Source: a virus. Taken from it: a stretch of 64,000 bases of DNA. Positions 55,301 through 63,900 of the stretch are shown in pieces. Where the stretch lies: positions 64,001-128,000 of the IMG/VR virus record IMGVR_UViG_3300042569_003487, one strand, 5' to 3'. The notes beneath the pieces are model-generated. The model did not search any database, had not been told where the DNA came from, and saw only the letters and a list, made by a program, of their open reading frames with translations. How positions within the stretch are numbered: the stretch's first letter is position 1; every line of letters begins with the position of its first letter. Made by a program: the position numbers and the translations under genes.

Positions 55301-56560
55301 AAACAGGAGCAAATTACTAGAGACTACACGAAAAAAGCTCTAAAGCGAAAGGGCGGATCCTTTGATAAATTATCATTCGATAGCGAGGCAGATTACATGG
55401 ATAGTAAAATGACAATAAAGGAAAATAAAGTAAGTCAATTTATCTATGATGCGGAAGTGCGTAAACGTGAAAGAATTTCCGAGATATTAGGTCAAACTAT
55501 ATTGGGATTAACCAAAGATATTCAAAAAAATTTAGGACAAATTACCCAAATTGTTAAGCCTAAATGCTGCCCAGATCAATTAGAACTGCCTCAATTTATA
55601 GACCCATTAGTGTTAGCGTTAGTTATGTCATTTAAGCAACTTGCTCATACTGCAATTGATGCATTAACTACTGAAATATTAGGTCAAATTTTTGGTCAAG
55701 TTTTTCAATTAACAAAAGATACAGTTAAAGCAGTTGTTGATCTAGTAGCAAAAAACATTCCGGATATAGATCTACCACTAAATGGTGCAGCCTTTATTAA
55801 ATTAATCATAAACGCTCTTAAACCGTTTTTACCGTTACTTAGAATTCCATTAGGGCCTCTTCCTAGAACGCTTGGAGTTCCTCAGCTAACCCTTAACCTA
55901 GATTCGATTGTTAAACCTCTACTCAAAAGTGCAATCCAAATTTTATTAGACAAGCTACTAAGCTATTTTCCATTTAAGGTTTGTGATTTGCCGTTTACCA
56001 CAATTTCATCAAACATACTTAACGCAATTGTTAGAGGAATAAAGTCTGCCCTTAAACGAGCTATTATGGAATTAATTTCAGTAATATTAGATCCACTTCA
56101 ATCAATATTTAAACTTTTAAATTTAATAAAAAGTGTTAAAGGTGCATTTACTTCACTATTTGATATGACCAATCCATTTCTTAAAATTTATAAAATGATT
56201 AAAGAAATGTTAGAAAGAGAACTGCCAACCGCCGCGTTTATTAAATCAATAAACTCTCTATTACTATTAGCACAATTAGAAGCACTTAAAGTTTTAGATA
56301 AAGCTTCTAAAAATTTACCAGATATTGCTGTGTATCTTCCAATTGCAGCGGGGTCTTCATTGGGGCTTGGCCCAATCCTAAGGTCAGCAGTCCACCCCAT
56401 TCTAAATCAAGATGACCTTCCTACTTGGGATAGACTTAGTCTAAAGAATCCATTATACGTAATGTTTTTAGATGATTTAGCACATAAAGCAAAAGCCTCA
56501 ACTGGTTCAATTCTGGGACAAGATTTTCTTGGTACACCAGTCTATATTCCGACACCTTAA
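52319..56560 (+). CDS. Large hypothetical protein (1413 aa), possibly virion-associated
   Basis: Long ORF with TTG start, helical/coiled-coil N-terminal third, Pro/Cys-rich hydrophobic segment and amphipathic C-terminal third. No family recognised. Confidence 0.75.
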   Translation: MSEIDSLIEQIKCELRENPFFSEGDLAALDACLPSSDELENAQIEAIEEIVAENPCAKKSIDAINSELEKNDAKLKAAVKAKYVISRLQELRDLLYPAEYFYKTRSEFFNKIIKDLDNRFTVAGANYNTEFTNILNKYELNSYKFNAVATTTTISAIDQLNKDIKSQIEDYFSKRTFAVTNTDPIKYSYNSDNPTFSISLPGKDGFSIKSSENQKTGKVDSFGNSETKQVEVNVKILPEDSIYETKDKVFQKRTLNLVNISSQRYTDKSATDSLYPFSGHLANFYKKIEDPLTLFTLEEKGLTTDSVKTDKNLTKEKLDGIVKEQRADGREEQFYIENTETYQKFYENLEPKIEERIEAERTKFRKGLIETGKLIKLSNLAKKQVFDLVNNSQLISTPTEKLIVNGKEIKPSEYGQQIRDKIQKSADEISKLVKDIEARIAAIKKANTPNPDDLASALSATGCLPPTEPPCKSLPKAGSDPLGYKSMTIPATMAQPDYTCNCYWKEVTKHLNKLNLLPIPDIMRLPALRYWPVGILIPLPVPIRIPLPQIWKHIITLNLPFGTLVVWYIQCGIVPSPIVMYIGPDGKKIILLGFRALQGQFDPVGYTINESPKQPAPLGVTLSEIGKPTGTSIKTLTFGTILPDSVMEKTAKVIAKAQVITELVTEGRLMPNGFNIPFKLGEKPNFNTGDADLLSQVADGVEDFQLFVENLSRRICRKIDEIGDIDLPNFTLALVDAEQAAKDRAQILSGLPYNFDSAWLNCDPANLSNNIPADVITSANTDAGTQCKEVILSLSLDLDSFLDKLKLGTYKFPKKKGKQIKPQAFLDEIVDNLIEYLSDTNFGKSRNINLNKRFRKAMQDLDLDAEIDAIQASVDLSKNEDLIAFKKTLKKYVDEICDVMSGKNIKVDKTKPAFKRRVNNERKRRIRFNLINGINIKDMVGSTPNKDDKDLLIDMFKQQIAKSNIDPTAITDSELFNIIETSPKINDDYKKSHVKQEQITRDYTKKALKRKGGSFDKLSFDSEADYMDSKMTIKENKVSQFIYDAEVRKRERISEILGQTILGLTKDIQKNLGQITQIVKPKCCPDQLELPQFIDPLVLALVMSFKQLAHTAIDALTTEILGQIFGQVFQLTKDTVKAVVDLVAKNIPDIDLPLNGAAFIKLIINALKPFLPLLRIPLGPLPRTLGVPQLTLNLDSIVKPLLKSAIQILLDKLLSYFPFKVCDLPFTTISSNILNAIVRGIKSALKRAIMELISVILDPLQSIFKLLNLIKSVKGAFTSLFDMTNPFLKIYKMIKEMLERELPTAAFIKSINSLLLLAQLEALKVLDKASKNLPDIAVYLPIAAGSSLGLGPILRSAVHPILNQDDLPTWDRLSLKNPLYVMFLDDLAHKAKASTGSILGQDFLGTPVYIPTP

Positions 56561-56561
56561 T

Positions 56562-56592
56562 TAAAACTACTAGTACTTTATCGGTATAATAT
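56562..56592 (+). promoter_or_regulatory. Putative early/middle promoter TAAAACT-N14-GGTATAATAT
   Basis: Intergenic, contains TATAAT, near-identical to the copy at 62478. Confidence 0.6.
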
Positions 56593-56616
56593 TTTAGATT
56601 ATTCAAATTTAAAAAT

Positions 56617-57795
56617 ATGACTTATACCAACGAAGAACTTGAATTTATTTTTGCACAAGGAAACGCGAAAGTAAACAAAGCTGTTAAATTGACTGCTGCT
56701 GATAAAAAAGCCGGTGTTAAAATTTTCTGTAAAGAACCGTACGCTCAAGAGATGTACGATCGTTATTTTAGCTCTGAAGCAGGCCATCCAATGCCAGCTG
56801 GAAATAAAGATATTCCAGTAGGAGAAATTAGAACTGTTAGCATTAAGAAAATTGACTTTGCAATGTCAATGGTAGAAATGGAAGATGCGTCGACTATGAC
56901 TAGTATCTTTGTTCCATTTAGAGAATTTTCACAAGAACCTTCTTTAAGTCTTTTAAATGAAGATAAAGATCGTAAATACAAAGTTATGATCTATAAATCA
57001 AATATGAGCGAGATTCTAGGTTCAGAAAAACGTTGTGCTGCTCTTACTCTTAGAGAAGACGTTGAATACTTTGCTAAAAATAATAAGTGGTTCTACGTTA
57101 AAGTGGTTGAACTTATTAAAGGCGGTTACCTTGCAATCTATAAAAACCAAATCAAATGTTTCCTTCCAGGATCTCATGCTGCAGCAAACGTAATTAGAGA
57201 CTTCTCTGAATACTTGCACAAAGAAATTCCAGTTATGGTTGAAAACTTTGATTCAGTTAATAACTTATTCATTGTTTCATACAAGAAATACATTAAGGAA
57301 ACTCTTCCTCAAAAAGTATCTGATCTTTCATTTGGTCAGAAATATACAGGGACTCTTACCAATAATCCATACGATTTTGGAGTCTTTGTTGAATTCCAAA
57401 ACTACTATACAGGACTTATACACAAGTCAGATTTTGAAAATGACGCTGCCTTTAGAGAATTTAGTAAAGGCTTACGTTCAGGCGATCAAATTGACTTCTG
57501 GGTTAAAGACGTTGTACAGAAGAAAGGAGATTATCGAATTATACTTACAGTAAATCCGGAATCAATCGATCCAGTTAAGAAAAGCTGGCAAAGCCTTAAA
57601 GATGGCATCGAGGGTCAAACATTAGATTACTCTTATGAAAAGGGTTCTATGAAAATGACTCTACCAGATGAACAAACCATCTCTGTTTCAGTTTCATCTC
57701 AAGTAATGCAAGGTCGTTCAGCAGAAGGCCAGGTATTAATTCAAAAAGTTGATGTTTTGAAGCAAAATTTAGGGTTCGAGATACTAGGTAATTAA
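56617..57795 (+). CDS. Ribosomal protein S1-like multi-S1-domain protein
   Basis: VKVVELIKGGY...CFLPGSHA, NLFIVSYKK, GQKYTGTLTN..DFGVFVEF..YTGLIHKSD: OB-fold repeats like bS1 domains. Confidence 0.8.
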   Translation: MTYTNEELEFIFAQGNAKVNKAVKLTAADKKAGVKIFCKEPYAQEMYDRYFSSEAGHPMPAGNKDIPVGEIRTVSIKKIDFAMSMVEMEDASTMTSIFVPFREFSQEPSLSLLNEDKDRKYKVMIYKSNMSEILGSEKRCAALTLREDVEYFAKNNKWFYVKVVELIKGGYLAIYKNQIKCFLPGSHAAANVIRDFSEYLHKEIPVMVENFDSVNNLFIVSYKKYIKETLPQKVSDLSFGQKYTGTLTNNPYDFGVFVEFQNYYTGLIHKSDFENDAAFREFSKGLRSGDQIDFWVKDVVQKKGDYRIILTVNPESIDPVKKSWQSLKDGIEGQTLDYSYEKGSMKMTLPDEQTISVSVSSQVMQGRSAEGQVLIQKVDVLKQNLGFEILGN

Positions 57796-57804
57796 GTATA
57801 TTAA

Positions 57805-57812
57805 GATAAATA
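57805..57812 (+). promoter_or_regulatory. Putative late promoter (GATAAATA)
   Basis: Intergenic, inside AAGAT/ATCTT, 7 nt before a small ORF. Confidence 0.45.
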
Positions 57813-57819
57813 TCTTTAT

Positions 57820-57960
57820 ATGACACACGGCAAAATTACACCAGATGTTACGTTGAAAGCACGTCAAATTACAGAGAACAGCGCAGCTTATCACAAATCA
57901 ACATCCATTTTTAAAGCCCAACCGAGTCAAACTTTATTCACCTTTAAAAAATTAAATTAA
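57820..57960 (+). CDS. Possible 46-aa small protein/uORF upstream of nrdB
   Basis: MTHGKITPDVTLKARQITENSAAYHKSTSIFKAQPSQTLFTFKKLN. Fills the gap and stops 6 nt before the nrdB ATG. Confidence 0.35.
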   Translation: MTHGKITPDVTLKARQITENSAAYHKSTSIFKAQPSQTLFTFKKLN

Positions 57961-57966
57961 AAAAAA

Positions 57967-58929
57967 ATGGAACCGATTCTAACTGAGAATCCGAACAGGT
58001 TTGTCATCTTCCCTATCCAGCACCATGACCTTTGGGACTTCTACAAAAAGTCTGAAGCGTCTTTCTGGACAGCAGAGGAAATTGACTTAGCCGCGGATCT
58101 AACTGACTGGAGAACTAAACTTAACGACGAAGAGCGTTATTTTATTAAAAATGTTTTAGCTTTCTTTGCCGCATCTGACGGTATTGTAAATGAGAACCTA
58201 GCTGAGAATTTTGTGAGAGAGGTACAATACCCTGAAGCTAAATTTTTCTATGGCTTTCAAATTATGATGGAGAATATCCATTCTGAAACATATTCTCTTC
58301 TTATTGATACTTATATTAATGACGAAGAAGAAAAAGCAAAATTATTTAACGCAATTGATACAATCGATGCCGTTAAGAAAAAAGCGCAATGGGCGCTAAA
58401 ATGGATTAAGAGCGATTCTTTTGCAGAGCGCCTAATTGCATTTGCCGCAGTTGAAGGTATTTTCTTTTCTGGTTCTTTTTGTTCAATCTTTTGGTTAAAG
58501 AAACGTGGTCTTATGCCAGGTCTAAGCTTCTCAAACGAGCTTATTTCAAGAGACGAAGGTATGCATACAGACTTTGCCGTACACTTACATAATAATCATA
58601 TTGTAAATAAAGTTTCTGAAGCAAAAATTAAAGAAATTATTCTTTCTGCTTTGGAAATCGAAAAAGAATTCATTACTGAGTCTCTTCCAGTTAGACTCAT
58701 CGGTATGAATGCTGATCTAATGAAGCAGTATCTAGAATTTGTTACTGATAGATTGCTTCTTGACTTAGGTTGCAGTAAAGAGTTTAATGTTCAAAATCCA
58801 TTTGACTTTATGACTAACATTGCACTTAAAGGAAAAACTAACTTCTTTGAAAAAAGAGTTGGTGAATACCAAAAGGCCGGCGTAAAATCTGCGATTGTGC
58901 AAGATTTTTCTACCGATGAAGATTTTTAA
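57967..58929 (+). CDS. nrdB: Ribonucleotide reductase class Ia beta subunit
   Basis: [59 protein letters not shown]. Confidence 0.97.
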   Translation: MEPILTENPNRFVIFPIQHHDLWDFYKKSEASFWTAEEIDLAADLTDWRTKLNDEERYFIKNVLAFFAASDGIVNENLAENFVREVQYPEAKFFYGFQIMMENIHSETYSLLIDTYINDEEEKAKLFNAIDTIDAVKKKAQWALKWIKSDSFAERLIAFAAVEGIFFSGSFCSIFWLKKRGLMPGLSFSNELISRDEGMHTDFAVHLHNNHIVNKVSEAKIKEIILSALEIEKEFITESLPVRLIGMNADLMKQYLEFVTDRLLLDLGCSKEFNVQNPFDFMTNIALKGKTNFFEKRVGEYQKAGVKSAIVQDFSTDEDF

Positions 58930-58950
58930 AAAATAGAGACACAGAAAAAA

Positions 58951-61359
58951 ATGAAGGTTACAAAAAGAGATGGCTCATTAGAGACACTAAAACTAGATAA
59001 GATCACCAACCGTATTAAAAAACAAACATACGGTTTAAATTTAGATTTCGTAGATGCCCTAGAAGTTGCAACTAAAGTTGTAGCAGGTATCTATGATGGA
59101 ATTACTACAGTTGAACTGGATAATTTAGCAGCTGAAACATCAGCTTCTTTAAATCACGTACATCCAGATTATTCATATCTTGCAGCTAGAGTTGCAATTA
59201 CCAGATTGCACAAAACAGTTAGCAAGAAATTTTCAGAAGTAATTGAGGCTTTATATTCATATACTGATCCAAAAACTGGTCTTCCAGCTGGATTAATTAA
59301 TGATGATGTAATTAAAGCAGTTCGCAAACACGCCGATATTTTAAATGAATCTATCTTACATGATAGAGATTTTAATTTTGATTACTTTGGATTTAAGACT
59401 CTAGAAAAGAGTTACCTACTTAAGATCAATGGTCAGACAGCTGAAGCTCCTCAACATATGTACATGAGAGTTGCAGTTGGTATTTGGGGAGATGATATTC
59501 AAAATGTTCTAAAGACATACGAACTATTATCTACTCATAAAATGACCCATGCTACGCCTACTCTATTTAATGCTGGAACAAAAAGACCTCAATTATCTTC
59601 TTGTTTCTTATTAACTATGCAGGAAGATTCTATTCAAGGAATTTACAAAACCCTATCTGACGTTGCTGCAATTTCACAAAATGCAGGCGGTATTGGATTA
59701 GCTATTCATAATGTTAGAGCAACCGGTTCTTATATTAAAGGAACCAATGGTACTTCTAATGGAATTGTTCCAATGCTTAAAGTATTTAACGAAACTGCTA
59801 GATACGTTGATCAAGGCGGTGGAAAACGCAAAGGTTCATTTGCAATTTATCTTGAACCTTGGCACGCTGACGTTGAAGATTGGTTAGACCTTCGTAAAAA
59901 CCATGGTAAAGAAGAGCGCAGAGCTAGAGATCTTTTCTTAGCTCTATGGACTCCAGATTTATTTATGGAAAGAGTTGAAGCCGATGCAGATTGGACTCTA
60001 TTTTGTCCGGCCGAAATTGGTGTTGAACTTTGGGAAATGCATGGTCAAGAATTTAGAGATAATTACGAAAGACTTGAACGTGAAGGTAAAGGTCGCCGTA
60101 CAATAAAAGCAAGAGCTCTTTGGCAAAAAGTATTAGAATCTCAAATTGAAACCGGAACACCTTATATTCTTTATAAAGATGCGGCCAATGAGAAATCTAA
60201 CCAAAAAAATCTAGGTACAATTAAGTCTTCTAACTTATGTACTGAGATTATGGAATACACAAGCAAAGACGAACAGGCTGTTTGTAACTTAGCTTCAATT
60301 GCAGTTAATCAATTTATTAAGTTTCCAGAAAAGAGATCTTTAAAACAGCGTAGAGCCCATGCAGAATATGATCACCAAGCCCTATACGATGTTACATATC
60401 AAACTACCTTAAATCTTAATAAAGTAATTGATATTAATTTCTATCCAACTCCAGAGACTAAAGCTTCTAATATGAAGCATCGTCCAATTGGAATCGGTAT
60501 TCAGGGAATGGCAGATACTTTTGCAATTTTAGGTTTACCTTTTACATCAGATGAAGCTAAGAAATTAAATGAAGATATTTTTGAAACAATTTATTTTGCT
60601 TCAATGAAAGCTTCAGCTGATCTTTCTAAAAAACTTGGAGCGTACGAATCATTTGAAGGAAGCCCATTAAGTGAAGGTAAATTCCAATTTAATCTTTGGG
60701 GTTTCGAAGATTCTCAACTTTCAGGCAGATGGGATTGGTCAGCCCTTAGAAAACAAGTTATGAAAACTGGTGCTCGTAATTCTTTATTGTTAGCTCCAAT
60801 GCCGACTGCATCAACCGCTCAAATCATGGGTAATAATGAAGCGTTTGAAGCATTTACCTCAAACTTGTATACTAGAAGAACACTTTCTGGAGAATTTGTT
60901 ATTGTTAACAAACATCTAGTAAGAGACCTAGTTGAATTAGATTTATGGTCAGATAATTTAAAAAATAAAATTATTACTGAAAAGGGGTCAATTCAAAATA
61001 TTGCAGAAATCCCAGTTGAAATTAGAGAAATCTATAAAACTGTATGGGAATTAAAGCAAAGAGAAGTAATTGATATGTCAGCAGATCGTGGTAAATTTAT
61101 TTGTCAATCACAATCGCTTAACCTTTTTATTAAGGACGCAAATGCTGCAAAATTAACTTCTGCTCATTTCCATTCTTGGAGAAAGGGCCTTAAAACTGGA
61201 ATGTATTATTTAAGAACAGAATCTGCAGTTGATGCTATTGCTGGTCTTGGAGTAGACTCTGCTGCACTAAAGCAGTCAACTCTATCTGCTGAACAAATCC
61301 AAAGCGATCTAGTTTGTTCGCTTGATAATCCAGACGATTGTATTGCCTGTTCTTCTTAA
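58951..61359 (+). CDS. nrdA: Ribonucleotide reductase class Ia alpha subunit with ATP cone
   Basis: VTKRDG ATP cone, ATPTLFNAG, QLSSCF, SNLCTEI, AVCNLAS, APMPTAST, LKTGMYYLR, C-terminal CxxC. Confidence 0.97.
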   Translation: MKVTKRDGSLETLKLDKITNRIKKQTYGLNLDFVDALEVATKVVAGIYDGITTVELDNLAAETSASLNHVHPDYSYLAARVAITRLHKTVSKKFSEVIEALYSYTDPKTGLPAGLINDDVIKAVRKHADILNESILHDRDFNFDYFGFKTLEKSYLLKINGQTAEAPQHMYMRVAVGIWGDDIQNVLKTYELLSTHKMTHATPTLFNAGTKRPQLSSCFLLTMQEDSIQGIYKTLSDVAAISQNAGGIGLAIHNVRATGSYIKGTNGTSNGIVPMLKVFNETARYVDQGGGKRKGSFAIYLEPWHADVEDWLDLRKNHGKEERRARDLFLALWTPDLFMERVEADADWTLFCPAEIGVELWEMHGQEFRDNYERLEREGKGRRTIKARALWQKVLESQIETGTPYILYKDAANEKSNQKNLGTIKSSNLCTEIMEYTSKDEQAVCNLASIAVNQFIKFPEKRSLKQRRAHAEYDHQALYDVTYQTTLNLNKVIDINFYPTPETKASNMKHRPIGIGIQGMADTFAILGLPFTSDEAKKLNEDIFETIYFASMKASADLSKKLGAYESFEGSPLSEGKFQFNLWGFEDSQLSGRWDWSALRKQVMKTGARNSLLLAPMPTASTAQIMGNNEAFEAFTSNLYTRRTLSGEFVIVNKHLVRDLVELDLWSDNLKNKIITEKGSIQNIAEIPVEIREIYKTVWELKQREVIDMSADRGKFICQSQSLNLFIKDANAAKLTSAHFHSWRKGLKTGMYYLRTESAVDAIAGLGVDSAALKQSTLSAEQIQSDLVCSLDNPDDCIACSS

Positions 61360-61365
61360 TAAATA
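61358..61365 (+). promoter_or_regulatory. Putative late promoter (AATAAATA)
   Basis: Overlaps the nrdA stop, 18 nt upstream of ATG 61384. Confidence 0.5.
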
Positions 61366-61383
61366 GAATAAAGACCAATTATT

Positions 61384-61818
61384 ATGCTTAAGAACTTTAC
61401 TTCCTGGTTAACTGAACAAGCCGATCCAATGGCACCAGATGCAGCAATGCCTGTTCCAGGTGAAGCCGGAGCCCCAGCTGCAGCACCGGGTGAAAAGTCT
61501 CAAATTAGAGCAATTTTAATATCTAATCCAATTGGATCAGTCGATAAACCTGGCGACATGACAACTAAACAATATAATGAATATGTTTTAGACATGGACC
61601 GAGTTAAAGAATGGATTGAAAAGAATGCAAAAGATTCTTCTCAAGATATATTAGACTATTTAAATGGAAAGGACGTTGATATTAAAGATTCACATAAGAA
61701 ATTTACAGCAGCAGTTCAAGCAAATGAGTTTGGAAAGCCTCAAACTGTAATTGATGTAGATTTTACAAAAGATGGAGAACCAACAACAAAAGATATTAAT
61801 TTAATATTTTTAGCATAA
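61384..61818 (+). CDS. Hypothetical protein, possible internal head protein
   Basis: N-terminal LKNFTSWLTEQ followed by a Pro/Ala linker. Late box upstream. Confidence 0.6.
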   Translation: MLKNFTSWLTEQADPMAPDAAMPVPGEAGAPAAAPGEKSQIRAILISNPIGSVDKPGDMTTKQYNEYVLDMDRVKEWIEKNAKDSSQDILDYLNGKDVDIKDSHKKFTAAVQANEFGKPQTVIDVDFTKDGEPTTKDINLIFLA

Positions 61819-62480
61819 TGGAGCTTAGTGAAATTTCTCAAAATGTAACGGACGATATCCTTCGATTAATTCAGAAAAATTCTGGAAAGATCGGAAGATA
61901 TCGTTCTTTTACTTTAGAATATACGAAGCCTCTTTATTTTGAATTAACTGTAAATATTAAAGTTACCGAAACTCTATTTGGATCAAGAGATTTATATTTT
62001 AAGAATATTCCATCTGAAGTTTTAAAATTTGAAAGATTTGGCCATGCAATAGACGGGGACTCCTTTGGTGGAGACTCAGAAGATGGGGCCGAAATTGAAA
62101 TTTCAGTTGCAGTTGATCCAACTCAAATAACTTCACAAAAATTAAAGTCTAGACTACTTGATGTAGTTAGACATGAACTTGAACATATTGTTCAGCGAGG
62201 CCCAAATTTTTCAGCTGATCATAAAGTTAAAATACCTAGACCAATTACTAGAGAATCTGCAAAGTCAGATTATCGCTATTTTATCTTAAGCGATGAAATA
62301 CCTGCACAAGTTAGAGGACTCGCTGAAGAAGCTCAGCACTCTGGCCAAACAGTTAAAGAATGTGCAATTGAATACTTAACCCCATTCCTAGAACTAGGAT
62401 TTATTACCCAGGAGCAAATCAATATTGTTCTCAACACCTGGAAAAACTGGGCAATCCAACATAATATTAAATTCGAGTAA
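61818..62480 (+). CDS. HExxH zinc-metallopeptidase-like protein
   Basis: VVRHELEHIVQ plus downstream Y...DEIPA (candidate third ligand Glu). Confidence 0.6.
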   Translation: MELSEISQNVTDDILRLIQKNSGKIGRYRSFTLEYTKPLYFELTVNIKVTETLFGSRDLYFKNIPSEVLKFERFGHAIDGDSFGGDSEDGAEIEISVAVDPTQITSQKLKSRLLDVVRHELEHIVQRGPNFSADHKVKIPRPITRESAKSDYRYFILSDEIPAQVRGLAEEAQHSGQTVKECAIEYLTPFLELGFITQEQINIVLNTWKNWAIQHNIKFE

Positions 62481-62508
62481 AACTTTGGCAGTTTATTGGG
62501 TAAAATAT
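62478..62508 (+). promoter_or_regulatory. Putative early/middle promoter TAAAACT-N14-GGTAAAATAT
   Basis: Upstream of the SSB gene. 16 of 17 motif positions identical to the 56562 copy. Confidence 0.6.
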
Positions 62509-62538
62509 CTATAATAAACTTAAAAAACCAAAGTAACA

Positions 62539-63564
62539 ATGGATTTATTCAATTTAAACACCGACGACTTTACCGCGCCAAAAGCAGGCACCGCACGCAA
62601 AGTAGATGAAAACCTCTACAATCCTGGACCAGATCAAGCTCAAAATGGAGTTTATCGTTCAGTAATCAGATTTATTCCTTGGATCGGGGATCCAGCTAAG
62701 AGTAAGTACAAAAAGTACTACGCTCGAATGACAAACCCTTTGACTGGTGAAAGATTTACAATCGATTGCCCTTCTTCATTAGGAAAATCTTCAATCTTAT
62801 GGACTCTTGATCTAGAGCTTCGTAAATTAGCAAACGAAGAACCAGAAATTGTAAAAGAGATTCAAAAGAATTTCATGAGAGCTTACAATTATTACTCTCT
62901 TGTTTACATTAAGAAAGACCCTCAGTTTCCACAGCTTGAAGGAAAAATTAAAGTGTATAGCTTTGGCTACAACATTGATAATTTGATCCAGCAAGAATTG
63001 AGTCCAGAAGCAGAATTGATGAATATTAAGAAAATCAATCCTTACTCAATGTTGGAAGGAAAGGACATGGTACTTGTAGTAAAACGTAAAACTAAGAGCT
63101 GGAGAGATTATTCTTCTTCTAAATTTATGTCAGAAACAAGCCCGCTAATCCTAAAATTAGATGACGGTCGTGAACTTCCAGTAAATGGAGAAGAAAAAGT
63201 TCAAACCTATGTAAAAGGATTCTTGGAGAAAAATTCTCCAGATCTAGGTCAATACTTCTACAAAGAGTGGTCTGACTCAGATTATGAAAAGGTTGCAGAA
63301 TTTATTAAAGCAATTATTCCTCACAAATCTATTCTTGATGCAGTATTAGCAAACACAAGAGATGAGAAAATCAAACCTTACTTCTCTGCAATTAAATCTG
63401 CTCAACCAGTAAACCGAGTAGTAGCAGACGATTTAGATTTTGCTACACCATCTAAACCAATTTCAACTAATGCATTTGATGATTTTGATTCAGCTCCAGC
63501 ACCAGCTGCTCCGGCTAAGTCTACACCATCTAATGATTTTGATGACTTATTGGCAGATCTTTAA
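62539..63564 (+). CDS. T4 gp32-like single-stranded DNA-binding protein
   Basis: SVIRFIP, DCPSSLG, YIKKDPQFPQLEGKIKVYSFG, EGKD, DYSSSKF, acidic tail DFDDLLADL. Confidence 0.85.
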   Translation: MDLFNLNTDDFTAPKAGTARKVDENLYNPGPDQAQNGVYRSVIRFIPWIGDPAKSKYKKYYARMTNPLTGERFTIDCPSSLGKSSILWTLDLELRKLANEEPEIVKEIQKNFMRAYNYYSLVYIKKDPQFPQLEGKIKVYSFGYNIDNLIQQELSPEAELMNIKKINPYSMLEGKDMVLVVKRKTKSWRDYSSSKFMSETSPLILKLDDGRELPVNGEEKVQTYVKGFLEKNSPDLGQYFYKEWSDSDYEKVAEFIKAIIPHKSILDAVLANTRDEKIKPYFSAIKSAQPVNRVVADDLDFATPSKPISTNAFDDFDSAPAPAAPAKSTPSNDFDDLLADL

Positions 63565-63585
63565 TCTTTAAAATAATTTAAATAC

Positions 63586-63900
63586 ATGTCACAAGAACAA
63601 GTAAATGCTGAGGCAACTCCTCAACCAGAATTACAGAAGACATATTTGTTATCTACCATTTCTTACACAGATAAGGCAGATTATGATAAGTTTTTAGAAA
63701 ATTTGTCTCCTGAACATGCACTAATAGTGTTAATTTCAGCAGCAAATCATGGACAACTTAAAGGAGCATATAATTTGGATGAAGCTGAACTTATTGCAAA
63801 AGCAATTCGTAAAATTACTCCATCTGCTGCTCAAGAAGAACAACCCGCAGAAGAGGAAGCTCCTAAGAAAGCAAAAACTACTGCTAAAAAAGCTAAATAA
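63586..63900 (+). CDS. Hypothetical protein (104 aa)
   Basis: ORF between the SSB and RNase H-like genes, TAATG-coupled, Lys/Ala-rich tail. Confidence 0.75.
   Translation: MSQEQVNAEATPQPELQKTYLLSTISYTDKADYDKFLENLSPEHALIVLISAANHGQLKGAYNLDEAELIAKAIRKITPSAAQEEQPAEEEAPKKAKTTAKKAK

Noticed and set aside
57967-61359. Introns or inteins in nrdA/nrdB
   Set aside because: Both ORFs are continuous and of normal length, with all motifs in order.
49911-61359. Bacterial chromosome or eukaryotic giant-virus origin suggested by groEL, S1-like and nrdAB
   Set aside because: These genes are interleaved with gp32-, gp55- and gp14-like genes and tail fibres, and share the phage promoter motifs.
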